Part shown: in pieces, positions 44,722-56,104 of the stretch
How the letters are laid out: each line of letters starts with the position of its first letter
Numbering within the stretch: the stretch's first letter is position 1
Assembly: GCA_964291215.2 (NCBI GenBank)
Contig: OZ219791.1
Coordinates: 512,001-576,000 of the forward strand
From: Alphaproteobacteria bacterium
GTDB lineage: Bacteria; Pseudomonadota; Alphaproteobacteria; MPNO01; UBA830
DNA: 64,000 nucleotides
Direction: 5' to 3'
Notes under the pieces: model-generated
The model's input: the letters and a program-made list of their open reading frames with translations, nothing else
Databases searched by the model: none
Told to the model about the DNA's origin: nothing
Translations under genes and position numbers: made by a program

Positions 44722-45590
44722 CCGTGAGCGGCATCGTCAAGAACAGCGCCATGGTCAGGGGGCGGCGCATGGCCTGGATCGAGGCCGGCGCCGGCGATCC
44801 CGTCGTCTTTCTCCACGGCAATCCGACCTCGTCGTTCCTGTGGCGCAACATCATGCCCCATATCAGCCATCTCGGACGCTGCATCGCCCCCGATCTGATC
44901 GGAATGGGGGATTCCGAAAAGCTTGAGCCGGCCGGACCGGACCGTTACCGGTTCATCGAGCACCGTGATTTCCTGGATGCGCTGCTGGCGGAAACAGGTG
45001 TCGAGCGCAACGTCACGCTGGTCATACACGACTGGGGGTCCGCCCTCGGCTTCGACTGGGCCAACCGGCACCGCGATGCGGTGCGCGGGATCGTCTACAT
45101 GGAAGCAATCGTGCGCCCGGTTTCCTGGGACGAATGGCCGGAGCAGTCTCGTCCGGTGTTTTCGGGACTGCGGTCGCCGGCGGGAGAAGAGCTGGTGCTC
45201 GACCGCAACGTCTTCGTCGAGCGGATCCTCCCGGGCTCGATCATGCGCAAGCTGACCGCGGAAGAGATGGCCGAGTACCGCCGACCATACACGGACGGAG
45301 GCGAGAGCCGCCGCCCGACCCTGACCTGGCCGCGCCAGATTCCGATCGACGGCGAACCGGCCGACATCGTGGAAATCGTGCAATCCTATGCCGACTGGCT
45401 GTCCGCATCACCCGTCCCCAAGCTCTTCATCAACGCCGAGCCCGGAGCGATCCTCGTCGGCGCACAGCGCGAATTCTGCCGGTCCTGGCCGAACCAGACC
45501 GAGATAACCGTGCCGGGCATCCATTTCGTGCAGGAGGATTCCCCCGACGAGATCGGATCCGCAATCGCCGCCTGGCTGGGCGGCCTCTAG
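44718..45590 (+). CDS. Haloalkane dehalogenase (LinB/DhaA-like)
   Basis: [42 protein letters not shown]. Confidence 0.92.
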   Translation: MTVSGIVKNSAMVRGRRMAWIEAGAGDPVVFLHGNPTSSFLWRNIMPHISHLGRCIAPDLIGMGDSEKLEPAGPDRYRFIEHRDFLDALLAETGVERNVTLVIHDWGSALGFDWANRHRDAVRGIVYMEAIVRPVSWDEWPEQSRPVFSGLRSPAGEELVLDRNVFVERILPGSIMRKLTAEEMAEYRRPYTDGGESRRPTLTWPRQIPIDGEPADIVEIVQSYADWLSASPVPKLFINAEPGAILVGAQREFCRSWPNQTEITVPGIHFVQEDSPDEIGSAIAAWLGGL

Positions 45591-45666
45591 GGAAACGTCT
45601 GGCATCGGAAGGGGCAACGGTCCGGCCACAGCTGCCGCATCCCCGTCTGCCCGTGCAGGAAGGACC

Positions 45667-46863
45667 ATGGATTTCTCACTGGCGCCTGAAATCGAGGACT
45701 ACCGTCTTCGCATACGCGACTTCGTCGACACGCAGATCATCCCGCTCGAGGCGGATCGCGGAAACTACGATGAACACGACAATATCGCGCTCGACGTGCT
45801 CGAGAAGGTCCGGGGAGAGGCGAAGGCGGCGGGGCTGTGGGCGCTCCAGATGCCGGTCGAGCGCGGCGGGCAGGGCCTCCCCATTGCCGGCCTTGCGGCC
45901 TGCTACGAGGAAATGAACCGCTCGATATTCGGCCCCGTGTGCTTCAACTCCGCAGCCCCGGATGACGGCAACATGATCGTGCTCAACCGGATCGGGACCG
46001 AGGCCCAGAAGGATCGCTGGCTGCAGCCCATCATCGACGGCGCCGTGCGCTCGTCATTCGCGATGACCGAGCCGGCGCCCGGCTCCGGATCGGACCCGTC
46101 CATGATGCTGACGACGGCCGAGAAAAAGGGCGGCAGCTGGGTGATCAACGGTCGCAAGTGGTTCATCACCGGCGCCGGCGAGGCGCGCCACTTCATCCTC
46201 GTGGCCCGAACCTCTGACAATGGCCGCAAGGGCCTAACCGCGTTCCTCTTCGACGCCGAACAGCCGGGCTGGGAGATCGTCCGCCGGGTTCCGATCATGG
46301 GGCCGGAGGAACATGGCGGGCACTGCGAAATCCTCTTCGACGGACTCGAGATTCCCGACGACAATCGCCTCCTCGGCGTCGGGGACGGTCTCAAGGTTAC
46401 CCAGATCCGGCTCGGAACGGCGCGCCTCACTCATTGCATGCGCTGGGCCGGCATGGCCAAGCGCGCGCTCGAGGAGTGTTTTGACTATGTCCGCGAGCGC
46501 AAGGCGTTCGGGGAGACGCTTGACCGTCACGAAGGCGTACAATGGCTGCTTGGGGAGGCGGCCATGCAGATCGAGATCGGCCGGCTCCTTACCATGCGCG
46601 CGGCAGTCAAGCTCGACAGCGGCGACTTCGCGCGCAAGGAAGTCTCGATGGCCAAGATCGTCGTGTCGGAAACGCTGCACAAGGCGATCGACACCGCGAT
46701 TCAGCTGCGCGGCGCCCGGGGCTATTCGAAAGACACCCCGCTCGAATGGATGTACCGCTATGCACGTCAGGCGCGGCTCGTGGACGGCTCCTCGGAAACC
46801 CACAAGATGGTGCTGTCGCGCCAGCTGCTGGACGAGGGACTTGATTTCTGGAACTGGGATTGA
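45667..46863 (+). CDS. Acyl-CoA dehydrogenase
   Basis: FAMTEP, NGRKWFITG, RKAFG, RLVDGSSETH. Confidence 0.92.
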   Translation: MDFSLAPEIEDYRLRIRDFVDTQIIPLEADRGNYDEHDNIALDVLEKVRGEAKAAGLWALQMPVERGGQGLPIAGLAACYEEMNRSIFGPVCFNSAAPDDGNMIVLNRIGTEAQKDRWLQPIIDGAVRSSFAMTEPAPGSGSDPSMMLTTAEKKGGSWVINGRKWFITGAGEARHFILVARTSDNGRKGLTAFLFDAEQPGWEIVRRVPIMGPEEHGGHCEILFDGLEIPDDNRLLGVGDGLKVTQIRLGTARLTHCMRWAGMAKRALEECFDYVRERKAFGETLDRHEGVQWLLGEAAMQIEIGRLLTMRAAVKLDSGDFARKEVSMAKIVVSETLHKAIDTAIQLRGARGYSKDTPLEWMYRYARQARLVDGSSETHKMVLSRQLLDEGLDFWNWD

Positions 46864-46864
46864 C

Positions 46865-47602
46865 ATGCGGCGCGGTCCGACGCATTCGCCCGCCACCGCC
46901 GGCTGCGGTGAGTTCCGGAGGCTGAAGCTTCCGGCCAGACGCGCCGCGCCCGCGGCGGCGTTCGCCGTCATCGCTTTGCTGGCGGCCGGCGTTTCGGCGG
47001 CGGCCGACTCGATCGTCCTCGGCAGATTTTCCGCCGGCGATCTTTCCGCTTGGAAGGAGAAGGGCTTCGTCGGAGAAACCGCCTATCGCCTGGTCGACGG
47101 CAGGGACGGGAAGATTCTCGAGGCGGTGAGCCGCGCCAGCGCCTCGGGGCTGATTCTCGAGCGCCGGATCGATCTTACGGCAACGCCGGTTCTCGCATGG
47201 CGCTGGCGGGTATCCGGCCCCGTCAATCCACCGGACGAAAAAACCCGTGACGGCGACGACTTCGCCGCCAGGATCTACTTCGTGACGCCGGGACAGGGCC
47301 TGTTTTCCCTGCCAAAGTCCATCTCCTATGTCTGGGCCAGCCACCAGCCGGCCGGCTCGTCCTGGCCCAACCCGTACACCGACAATGTCCGCATGGTCGC
47401 CGTGGACTCGGGAACCCGGCACGCGGGAGAATGGCGGAGCCACCGCCGCAATCTGCGCGAGGATTTTCGTACACTGTTCGGACGCGACATCACGGAAATT
47501 ACCCATGTCGCCATCATGACCGACACCGACAACAGCGGGCTCTCCGCGCACAGCTGGTACGGTGACATCCGCCTCGAGGCGGCCGGCAACGACGGCAGAT
47601 AG
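46865..47602 (+). CDS. DUF3047 domain exported protein
   Basis: WRWRV, GDDFAARIY, YVWAS, MTDTDN, YGDI. Confidence 0.8.
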   Translation: MRRGPTHSPATAGCGEFRRLKLPARRAAPAAAFAVIALLAAGVSAAADSIVLGRFSAGDLSAWKEKGFVGETAYRLVDGRDGKILEAVSRASASGLILERRIDLTATPVLAWRWRVSGPVNPPDEKTRDGDDFAARIYFVTPGQGLFSLPKSISYVWASHQPAGSSWPNPYTDNVRMVAVDSGTRHAGEWRSHRRNLREDFRTLFGRDITEITHVAIMTDTDNSGLSAHSWYGDIRLEAAGNDGR

Positions 47603-47620
47603 GCAGCCGGAGGCCCGGAT

Positions 47621-48733
47621 TCAGGCGGCCAGCCGGTCGAGCTCGTCGACGACTGCCGCTCCCATCTGGGTGCAGGAGATCGGGCTGGTGCCGGCGCCCG
47701 CGATATCGATGGTGCGGCAGCCCGAATCCAGGGCGTTGCGGACCGCCTGTTCCAGAAGATCGGCGTCTTCAGCCATGTCGAAGGAGTAGCGCAGCATCAT
47801 CGCATAGGACTGGATCATCGCCAGCGGATTAGCCTTTCCCTGCCCGGCGATGTCCGGCGCCGAGCCGTGGACCGGCTCATAGAGCGCACGGCGGCGCCCC
47901 GAGTCATCGGCCGGGCCCAGCGAGGCCGACGGCAACATGCCGAGCGACCCGGTCAGCATCGACGCCACGTCGGAGAGCATGTCGCCGAACAGATTGTCGG
48001 TGACGATGAGGTCGAACTGGGCGGGATTGCGGACGAGCTGCATGCCGCAATTATCGGCCAGCATGTGGGTCAGCTCGACATCGGGGAACTCCTCGTCATG
48101 GATCCATTGCGCCTCCTGGCGCCACAACACGCCGGACTCCATGACGTTGCTCTTCTCGGTGGAACAGACGCGATTGCCGCGCTTGCGGGCGAGATCGAAG
48201 GCGACGCGGCAGACGCGGTGGATCTCGCTCGTGGTGTAGACTTGGGTGTTGACGCCACGCCGCTGGCCGTCGGGAAGATCCTCGATGCCCCGCGGCTCGC
48301 CGAAATAGACGCCGCCGGTCAGTTCGCGCACGATGAGTATGTCGAGCCCGGACACCAGATCGCGCTTGAGCGACGACGCGTCGGCAAGGGCATCGAAACA
48401 AATGGCAGGACGCAGGTTGGCGAACAGGTCGAGGTCCTTGCGCAGCCGCAGAAGGCCGGCCTCCGGACGGACATCGTAGCCGACACCGTCCCACTTGGGG
48501 CCGCCGACCGCACCGAAGAGCACGGCATCGGCACCGAGCGCGGCCTCCATTGTCGCATCGGTGATCGCAACCCCGTGCACGTCATGGGCGGCGCCGCCGA
48601 CGAGATCCTCGGTCACGTCGAACGAGACATGGCGACGCCGGTCCATCCAGTCGATCAGCCGGCGGACCTCGGCCATCACCTCAGGCCCGATGCCGTCGCC
48701 CGGCAGCATCAGCAGTTTCTTGTTGGCGACCAT
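47621..48733 (-). CDS. leuB: 3-isopropylmalate dehydrogenase
   Basis: [39 protein letters not shown]. Confidence 0.97.
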   Translation of the reverse strand: MVANKKLLMLPGDGIGPEVMAEVRRLIDWMDRRRHVSFDVTEDLVGGAAHDVHGVAITDATMEAALGADAVLFGAVGGPKWDGVGYDVRPEAGLLRLRKDLDLFANLRPAICFDALADASSLKRDLVSGLDILIVRELTGGVYFGEPRGIEDLPDGQRRGVNTQVYTTSEIHRVCRVAFDLARKRGNRVCSTEKSNVMESGVLWRQEAQWIHDEEFPDVELTHMLADNCGMQLVRNPAQFDLIVTDNLFGDMLSDVASMLTGSLGMLPSASLGPADDSGRRRALYEPVHGSAPDIAGQGKANPLAMIQSYAMMLRYSFDMAEDADLLEQAVRNALDSGCRTIDIAGAGTSPISCTQMGAAVVDELDRLAA

Positions 48734-48788
48734 TACCGGAAGTCCCCCTGCCGCTCGGCGTCGACCCCGACGCAGCGCCCTGTCCCGT

Positions 48789-49409
48789 CTAGACCCGCGC
48801 CCCGGGGAGCCACGGCATCGCCTGTTTGCGCTTCTCCTCAAACGACGAGATCGCGGCTTCCGATTGCAGCGTGATCCCGATATCGTCCAGCCCTTCAAGG
48901 AGGCAGTGCTTGCGGAAGGGGTCGATCTCGAAGGAGATCTCCTCGCCGTCCGGTCGCACGATCTTCTGGTTTTCCAGGTCGACGGTCACCCGCGCGTTGC
49001 CGCCCTTGGCGGCGTCGTCGAGCAGCGCGTCGCGCTGCTCCGGCGTCACCGTGATCAGCAGCAACCCGTTCTTCGCCGAGTTGTTGAAGAAGATGTCCGC
49101 AAACGAGGTCGAGATCACGCAACTGATCCCGAAATCCTTGAGCGCCCAGGGCGCATGCTCGCGCGAGGAACCACAGCCGAAATTGTCGCCGGCAACGAGG
49201 ATCTCGGAATTCCGGTAGGCCGGGCGGTTGAGGATGAAATCGGGATCTTCCGAACCGTCACCCCGGTAGCGGATGTCGTTGAAGAGATTGGCGCCGAGTC
49301 CGGTGCGCTTGATGGTCTTGAGAAACCGCGCGGGAATGATGCGGTCGGTATCGATATTGTGGTCAGGCATCGGCACCGCGATACCGCTGAGCGTGGTGAA
49401 CTTGTCCAT
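48789..49409 (-). CDS. leuD: 3-isopropylmalate dehydratase small subunit
   Basis: [22 protein letters not shown]. Confidence 0.97.
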   Translation of the reverse strand: MDKFTTLSGIAVPMPDHNIDTDRIIPARFLKTIKRTGLGANLFNDIRYRGDGSEDPDFILNRPAYRNSEILVAGDNFGCGSSREHAPWALKDFGISCVISTSFADIFFNNSAKNGLLLITVTPEQRDALLDDAAKGGNARVTVDLENQKIVRPDGEEISFEIDPFRKHCLLEGLDDIGITLQSEAAISSFEEKRKQAMPWLPGARV

Positions 49410-49418
49410 GATCCTGTC

Positions 49419-50849
49419 CTATTCGGCCGGTCCGGCCGGGGCTGCGCCCAGTTCGCGAGCGTCCGCAAGGTGGCCGGTCACGGCCGCGGCCGCCGCCATC
49501 GCCGGGCTGACCAGGTGGGTGCGCCCGCCGGGGCCCTGGCGGCCCTGAAAATTGCGGTTGGAAGTCGATGCCGAGCGTTCGCCCGGCTGCAGCATGTCGC
49601 CGTTCATGCCGAGGCACATCGAGCATCCGGGCTCGCGCCAGTCAAACCCGGCGCTGGAGAAGACCTTGTCGAGCCCCTCGGCTTCGGCCTGTTCCTTGAC
49701 CAGCCCGGACCCCGGAACGACCAGGGCATAGACGCTGTCGGCGACTGTCCTGCCCTTCGCGATTGCAGCCGCGGCGCGCAGGTCCTCGATGCGCGAGTTG
49801 GTGCACGATCCGATGAAGACCTTGTCGACATGGATGTCGGCAAGCTTCTGTCCCGGCGTCAGGGCCATGTATTCGAGCGCCGCCTCGACCGTCTTGCGTT
49901 TCGCCTCGTTCTCGATCTCGGCCGGGTCGGGCACCGTCGCGTTTATCGGCGCGACCATTTCAGGGCTGGTGCCCCACGAGACCTGGGGCTCTATGTCGGC
50001 GGCGTCGAGCGTGACCTCGATATCGTAGGCAGCGCCGGGATCCGACCCGAGGGTCTTCCAGTATGCAAGCGCCTGTTCCCAGGCTCCGCCCTTGGGCGCC
50101 ATCGGGCGCCCCTCGACATAGTCGAACACCTTCTGGTCCGGCGCCACCAGTCCGGCCCGGGCGCCGGCCTCGATCGTCATGTTGCATATGGTCATGCGGC
50201 CCTCGACCGAGAGATCCTCGATCGCCTTGCCGGCATACTCAATCACGCAACCGGTGCCGCCGGCGGTTCCGATCTTGCCGATGATGGCAAGGATGATATC
50301 CTTGGCCACGACCCCGGCGCCGGGCTCGCCGTCCACCGTTATGCGCATGTTCCGGCTTCGCTTCTGCAGCAGCGTCTGGGTCGCAAGGACATGCTCGACC
50401 TCGGAGGTGCCTATCCCGAAAGCGAGCGCGCCGAGCGCGCCGTGGGTCGCGGTGTGGGAGTCCCCGCACACCAGGGTGACGCCGGGGAGCGTGAAGCCCT
50501 GTTCGGGACCGATCACATGCACGATGCCCTGGCGGACATCGAGAAAATCGATGAAGGGCAGCCCGAACTCCCTCGCGTTCTTCTCCAGAAGTTCGATCTG
50601 GATGCGCGATTCCTCGTTCTCGATGCCGTCCGCGCGGCCGGCGGTCGGCACGTTGTGATCGGCCACCAGAAGCTGTGCGTCGGGCACGCGCACCTGGCGC
50701 CCCTCCTCGCGCAGGCCGTCAAAGGCCTGGGCGCTGGTGATCTCGTGAATGATATGACGATCGATGTAGATGATGCTGGTGCCGTCCTCCTTCTCCTCGA
50801 CGAGGTGACTGTCCCAGATCTTGTCGTAGAGGGTCTTGGGTTCTGCCAT
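49419..50849 (-). CDS. leuC: 3-isopropylmalate dehydratase large subunit
   Basis: [27 protein letters not shown]. Confidence 0.97.
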   Translation of the reverse strand: MAEPKTLYDKIWDSHLVEEKEDGTSIIYIDRHIIHEITSAQAFDGLREEGRQVRVPDAQLLVADHNVPTAGRADGIENEESRIQIELLEKNAREFGLPFIDFLDVRQGIVHVIGPEQGFTLPGVTLVCGDSHTATHGALGALAFGIGTSEVEHVLATQTLLQKRSRNMRITVDGEPGAGVVAKDIILAIIGKIGTAGGTGCVIEYAGKAIEDLSVEGRMTICNMTIEAGARAGLVAPDQKVFDYVEGRPMAPKGGAWEQALAYWKTLGSDPGAAYDIEVTLDAADIEPQVSWGTSPEMVAPINATVPDPAEIENEAKRKTVEAALEYMALTPGQKLADIHVDKVFIGSCTNSRIEDLRAAAAIAKGRTVADSVYALVVPGSGLVKEQAEAEGLDKVFSSAGFDWREPGCSMCLGMNGDMLQPGERSASTSNRNFQGRQGPGGRTHLVSPAMAAAAAVTGHLADARELGAAPAGPAE

Positions 50850-50881
50850 TTTCCGTTCTCCTCGAATGCCGCCGGCCTCGG

Positions 50882-51379
50882 TCAGGCCGCGCCCGCGGAC
50901 AGATCCTTGTCGTCGGCCTCCGCCGGTTCCGCAACCGCCGCAGGGGCTTCGTCGACCGCAGCAGCCGCCTCGGGATTGGGAAGCGCGTCCGCCTGCCGGT
51001 CCGGCTCCATGGATCCCACACGATCCGCCCTTGCCGCAATCCGCGCGCTCTTGCCGCGGCGTCCGCGAAGATAGTAGAGCTTGGCGCGTCGCACCGCGCC
51101 GCGCCGCGCCACCTCGATCTTCTCGACGCGCGGGCTGTACAGGGGGAAGACGCGTTCGACCCCCTCGCCATAGGAGATTTTGCGCACCGTGAACGAGGAA
51201 TTCAGCCCCTTGTTGGAACGTGCGATCACAACGCCCTCATAGACCTGTATCCGTTCGCGCGTGCCCTCGACGACGCGAAAATGCACCCGCACGGTGTCAC
51301 CCGGCGCGAATTCGGGTATCGGACGCTCGGCGACCAGGCGGTCCATCTCCGCCTTTTCGATCTGTTCAATGAGATTCAT
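50882..51379 (-). CDS. rplS: 50S ribosomal protein L19
   Basis: [26 protein letters not shown]. Confidence 0.97.
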   Translation of the reverse strand: MNLIEQIEKAEMDRLVAERPIPEFAPGDTVRVHFRVVEGTRERIQVYEGVVIARSNKGLNSSFTVRKISYGEGVERVFPLYSPRVEKIEVARRGAVRRAKLYYLRGRRGKSARIAARADRVGSMEPDRQADALPNPEAAAAVDEAPAAVAEPAEADDKDLSAGAA

Positions 51380-52109
51380 GGCACTTTTCCTCTTCCCCGC
51401 GCGTCTTCTCCAGATAGCGGCTCCACAGATCTGGACGCCTCTCGCGCGTGATCGTTTCCGCCTGCGCCAGGCGCCAGGCCTCGATTCGTTCATGATGCCC
51501 GGACAGCAGGATGTCCGGAACCTTGCGGCCGCACCAGTCGGCTGGCCGCGTATAGTGGGGATATTCGAGAAGTCCCGAGGAGAAGCTCTCGTCGCGGAGC
51601 GACTCGGCCTCGCCGACAACCCCGGGAAGCAGCCGGACGCAGGCGTCGATCAGCGCGACGGCGGCAGGTTCACCGCCTGACAGCACGAAATCCCCAAGGC
51701 TTATCTCCTCGATCCCGCGAGCATCCAGCACCCGCTGGTCCAGGCCTTCGTAACGGCCGCAGATCAGCGTCACCCCCGTTCCGCACGCCAGCCGGGCGAT
51801 CCTGTCCTGGCACAGCTGCGCCCCCCGCGGGGTCAGGTAGATGGCCGGCGCACCATCGAGGGCATGAGCGGCAAGCGCCGCATCCACGACATCGGCACGC
51901 ATGACCATCCCCGGACCGCCGCCGAACGGAGAATCGTCGACAGTGCCGTGGCGGTCGGCCGCATGATCACGTATATCGGCCGTTTCCAGCCGCCATGCCC
52001 CATCCCGGAGCGCCCTGCCGGCGAGAGACAGCGCCAGCGGTCCCGGAAACATCCCGGGAAAGAGGGTCAACACCCTCGCCGTCCATGTCTGCCCGCCACA
52101 CGTGTGCAT
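51366..52109 (-). CDS. trmD: tRNA (guanine-N1)-methyltransferase
   Basis: [27 protein letters not shown]. Confidence 0.97.
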   Translation of the reverse strand: MHTCGGQTWTARVLTLFPGMFPGPLALSLAGRALRDGAWRLETADIRDHAADRHGTVDDSPFGGGPGMVMRADVVDAALAAHALDGAPAIYLTPRGAQLCQDRIARLACGTGVTLICGRYEGLDQRVLDARGIEEISLGDFVLSGGEPAAVALIDACVRLLPGVVGEAESLRDESFSSGLLEYPHYTRPADWCGRKVPDILLSGHHERIEAWRLAQAETITRERRPDLWSRYLEKTRGEEEKCHESH

Positions 52110-52110
52110 G

Positions 52111-52701
52111 TCAGCTACCTGTCCTGTCCGGCCCGCCACCGGTCGGCATCGCCGGCGGATCGATCACGATTCGCCGGTCCGCAATGTCCACCTCCGGCAC
52201 GGCCTCGGCGGTGAACGGCACCAGAATGCTCTCCGCACCGGGGCCCGGATCGATTTCCAGAACCTCGATCTCTCCCGCCGGGACGATCGCCGCAACCGTT
52301 CCCGCATGGCTGCCGTCTGCCAGGAACACGGAAAGCCCGAGAAGATCGGCGTGATAGAACTCGTCCTCTTCGGTGGGCGGCAGCGCCTCCCTCGAAACGT
52401 AGAGCCGTTCTCCCCTGAGCGCTTCGGCAGCCGCGCGGTCGCGCACCCCCGAGAGTTCTGCTATCGTCGCCCCCTTTCGGACCGCGCACACGCGGATGTT
52501 GAAGGACCGGCTGCCGCTCTCGTCGGCGACGGGTCCGTACGCTCCGATGTCCGCGGCGTCTGCGGTAAAGCTGCGGATCCTGACCGCGCCGCGCACACCG
52601 TGCGCCCCCGCGACCGCGCCGACACAGACGCGGCCCGCGCTCGCCGCGCCGCGAACCTGAATCGCGGACGCGATGCCGTGCTGTCCTTTTCCGCCGCCCA
52701 T
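52111..52701 (-). CDS. rimM: Ribosome maturation factor RimM
   Basis: [15 protein letters not shown]; rpsP-rimM-trmD-rplS gene order. Confidence 0.95.
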   Translation of the reverse strand: MGGGKGQHGIASAIQVRGAASAGRVCVGAVAGAHGVRGAVRIRSFTADAADIGAYGPVADESGSRSFNIRVCAVRKGATIAELSGVRDRAAAEALRGERLYVSREALPPTEEDEFYHADLLGLSVFLADGSHAGTVAAIVPAGEIEVLEIDPGPGAESILVPFTAEAVPEVDIADRRIVIDPPAMPTGGGPDRTGS

Positions 52702-52761
52702 CGTTCAGACGCCCTGCCAATCTTCTCTGCCGCCGTCACCGAACTCTCCGCGGCCATGCCT

Positions 52762-53124
52762 TCAGGAATCGGACGGCGCCTGTGCGGCCGCCGCTTCCTC
52801 AGCCTCCTGCAGCCGTTTCTGGGCCTTGGCCTTGGGCGCGCTCTTCTTCGGCGTTTCCCGCCATTCGGGCGTCGGTATCATCTCGGCATGGCCCAGGAAC
52901 CGGGCGACGCGGTCGGACGGTTTCGCGCCTTGGGAAAGCCAGTGGCGCACCCGGTCCTCCTTGATCACGACCCGCTCCGGATGGTCGCGCGGCAGCATGG
53001 GATTGTAGGTGCCGACGCGTTCGATGAACCGTCCGTCCCGCGGCATGCGGGAGTCGGCGATGACGATCCTGTAGTAGGGGCGCTTTTTCGCTCCGCCCCG
53101 GGAAAGTCTCATTTTCAGTGACAT
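52762..53124 (-). CDS. rpsP: 30S ribosomal protein S16
   Basis: [23 protein letters not shown]. Confidence 0.97.
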   Translation of the reverse strand: MSLKMRLSRGGAKKRPYYRIVIADSRMPRDGRFIERVGTYNPMLPRDHPERVVIKEDRVRHWLSQGAKPSDRVARFLGHAEMIPTPEWRETPKKSAPKAKAQKRLQEAEEAAAAQAPSDS

Positions 53125-53197
53125 GCGGTTTCCATTCCTCCATCACGCCCGCCACGCCCACCGGGTCTCCGGCACCGGCGGCGGACAGCCTGTTCCT

Positions 53198-54595
53198 TCA
53201 GCGGGGCCTGACGCGCCTTCCCGGCGGCAGCATCGCGGGAACACGCTGCGCCGCCCCGCCCATGACCTGCTCTCCCAAGGAGTCGAAGCCCATTCCCATC
53301 TTCTTCGCTTTCTTCATCATCCGCGTGAGCGCCTGGTACTGCTTCAGCACCTTGTTGACGTCGTGCAGGCCGACGCCGGCGCCCGCCGCTATGCGGCGCT
53401 TGCGCGACGCCTTGATGATCTCGGGCTTGCGGCGTTCACGCAGCGTCATCGAGCTGATGATCGCCTCCTGGCGGATCAGTGTCTTCTCGTTGATATTGGC
53501 GGCGTCCATATGCTGGCGCGCCTTGCGTGCGCCCGGAAGCAGGCCCATGACGCCGCCGAGCCCTCCCATCTTGCGGAGCTGGCGGAGCTGGGCCGCCATG
53601 TCTTCAAGATCAAACCTGCCGGATTCGATCTTGCGCGCGAGGTTCCTGGCCTCCTCCTCCTTGACCAGCCCCTGCGCCTTCTCGACAAGGCTAACGACAT
53701 CGCCCATGCCGAGAATGCGCGACGCGATGCGGTCGGGATGAAATGCCTCTAGCGCGTCAAGCGTCTCGCCGGTGCCGAGAAGGCGTATCGGCGTACCGGT
53801 GGCCGCCTTCATCGACAGCGCGGCGCCGCCACGGGCATCGCCATCCACGCGCGTGAGAACGATCCCGGTCAATGCCAGCCGTTCGTTGAAGGTCCTGGCG
53901 ATATTCACCGCTTCCTGGCCGGTCATGGCATCGGCCACGAGCAGGACTTCGGCCGGATCCGTCGCCTTCCTGATGTCGGCCGCCTCGTCCATCAACGCAT
54001 CGTCGATCTGGGTGCGGCCGGCGGTGTCGAGGATGACCACGTCGTAGCCTTCCCGGCGCGCCGCATCCACGGCCCGCTCGGCGATCTTCCGGGGCGACTG
54101 TCCGAGCGCGATCGGCAGCGTTGCGACCCCGGCCTGCTCGCCGAGCACGGCAAGCTGCTGCTGGGCTGCCGGACGGTTCACGTCGAGCGACGCGAGAAGC
54201 GTCTTGCGCCCCTGATCCTCCTGTAGCCGCTTGCCGATCTTGGCTGCCGTCGTGGTCTTTCCGGAACCCTGCAGCCCGACCATCATGATCGCGGCAGGCG
54301 GCGCAGCGCGGATTTCGAGATCCTGGCTCTCTGGGCCGAGCATCTCGACGAGACCGTCATTGACGATCTTGACCACCTGCTGACCCGGTGTCACCGAGCG
54401 CATGACTTCTTCGCCGATCGCCCGTTCCGTGATGCGGTCGGTGAAGTCCTTGACCACCGGCAGCGCCACGTCAGCCTCAAGCAGGGCGACGCGGATTTCG
54501 CGCATGGCGCCCCTGACGTCATCTTCGGAAAGGGCGCCGCGTCTGGAGAGCCGATCGAAGATGTCGGCAAATCGGTCTGTCAAGCCGGCAAACAT
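53198..54595 (-). CDS. ffh: Signal recognition particle protein
   Basis: GLQGSGKTT, DTAGR, DGDARGGAALS, RILGMGD. Confidence 0.97.
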   Translation of the reverse strand: MFAGLTDRFADIFDRLSRRGALSEDDVRGAMREIRVALLEADVALPVVKDFTDRITERAIGEEVMRSVTPGQQVVKIVNDGLVEMLGPESQDLEIRAAPPAAIMMVGLQGSGKTTTAAKIGKRLQEDQGRKTLLASLDVNRPAAQQQLAVLGEQAGVATLPIALGQSPRKIAERAVDAARREGYDVVILDTAGRTQIDDALMDEAADIRKATDPAEVLLVADAMTGQEAVNIARTFNERLALTGIVLTRVDGDARGGAALSMKAATGTPIRLLGTGETLDALEAFHPDRIASRILGMGDVVSLVEKAQGLVKEEEARNLARKIESGRFDLEDMAAQLRQLRKMGGLGGVMGLLPGARKARQHMDAANINEKTLIRQEAIISSMTLRERRKPEIIKASRKRRIAAGAGVGLHDVNKVLKQYQALTRMMKKAKKMGMGFDSLGEQVMGGAAQRVPAMLPPGRRVRPR

Positions 54596-56104
54596 GAAGC
54601 TTCGGTACTTTCTTAGAAATCGTCCGGAATCCGGTCCAAAACCGCACTGCGCCAGCGAGCGCACCCGCGCCGACTGACTGACGCCGTATGGCGTTCAGAT
54701 ATCCAGATTATCCTGAGCGCGTGGAAGCTAGATGGTTTGCTGCCAACTGTCAACCGCATCGGGCCACGGCGATCCCACGCCAGGTTTGTTGGAAGGGTCG
54801 GTTTTGCTTGTTCAGGATGATTCGCATTTTCGCTGACTTTTTGTGAAGCGGCGTAGTATCCGTTGTCGTGGGGGCAGCGGATTTTTTTGAGACGACTCCG
54901 GAGGGTTTTGAGCTCCGGGATGTGGTTGTGCGCCTTGCGCGGCCTGATGTCGCTGGAACCGTGTTGTTGACCGTATCTTGGTTTCAAGCAGTTTGCGGTC
55001 GAGGTCTGCGTGTTCACCTGGCGCGGGCGGTGGATTGGTGCTGCGGGCTGGCAGACGGGCGCCCTCAGCTGCGCACCCGTTGGCTGGCGCCGCGAGGAAC
55101 AGTTCAGGCGGTTGCCGGGAACAACACGAGGTTTGTTGTTCCTGGTGGTCGTTTCCGAGCCTTGCCTCGTTTGCGTTGTCGCGGATGGTGCGGCGGCGAC
55201 TGGGAGGCTGCGTACGGCCATCCGTTGCTTGTTGCGGAGTCGTTTGTCTCGCCGACGAAGTTCAGCGGCACCATGTACAAGGCGGCGAGCTGGGAGTGCG
55301 TTGGCAGGAGCCATGCGCGCGCCAGCGGGCGCCATAGCGACCGGCACGGGGAGGCGAAGGCTCTTTACGTGTTTCCGCTGCGTCGTGACGCGGGATCGTT
55401 CGCCGCTTCCTGTGGCGTGGGAGTTGCGGGCGCCGCTGGTCGGCGCAGGAGTTGCGCTCGATTTATCAGCGGCGCTTTCCGGCGTGCGCAGGGGCACCGC
55501 ATCGCCTCGGTGCTGTGCGTGATTTTGCTGGCTTGCGAACCGGCACGGTGCGGTTGCGGCGGCGCACTACGACGCAGAAGGAGCTGGAGCAGCATGGAAG
55601 AACAGGGACAAGCCGGTCTCCACCGTGCACCGGGTGCTGCAGAACACCGACCCGGGATGGATCGAGGATGCGGCGCGCAGCCGCAGGTCGGCAACGCGGT
55701 CGACGGCAAGCGCGGCCGCACCGGCGAGAATCATTACGAGACGGTCTCGCTGGCCGGTTTCGATCCTCAACTATCACGACGGGGAGATCGCTGCCGTCCA
55801 CGCCGCGTCGGCCGTCTGCTCACCCTCGACGCGCTCCACACCACCCGCGAGGCTGATCATCGAGACCCATCGCGCGAACTGATGGTCAAGGGCAATGCAC
55901 CTTCGAGAGAGCATCAACTGGAAGACCGCCAGCGCTACAACGAAAAGCCCGCGCATGGCCGCCAGCGCACCATCTTCACCCCGCTGGCGAAGATGATCAA
56001 CTAGCAGATCTTCCGCGTCACCCGGCGCGTCGAATTCAAGAAATCCAGAAAACGGACAACCGAATACGCCATGACCTTATATGACTAGGTTTTGTCCCCT
56101 TGAT

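Noticed and set aside
50882-51010. Ala/Glu-rich C-terminal tails of L19 (and S16)
   Set aside because: Low-complexity extensions are common in alphaproteobacterial ribosomal proteins.
48495-51074. 859-aa plus-strand ORF
   Set aside because: Antisense shadow of leuC/leuD/leuB.
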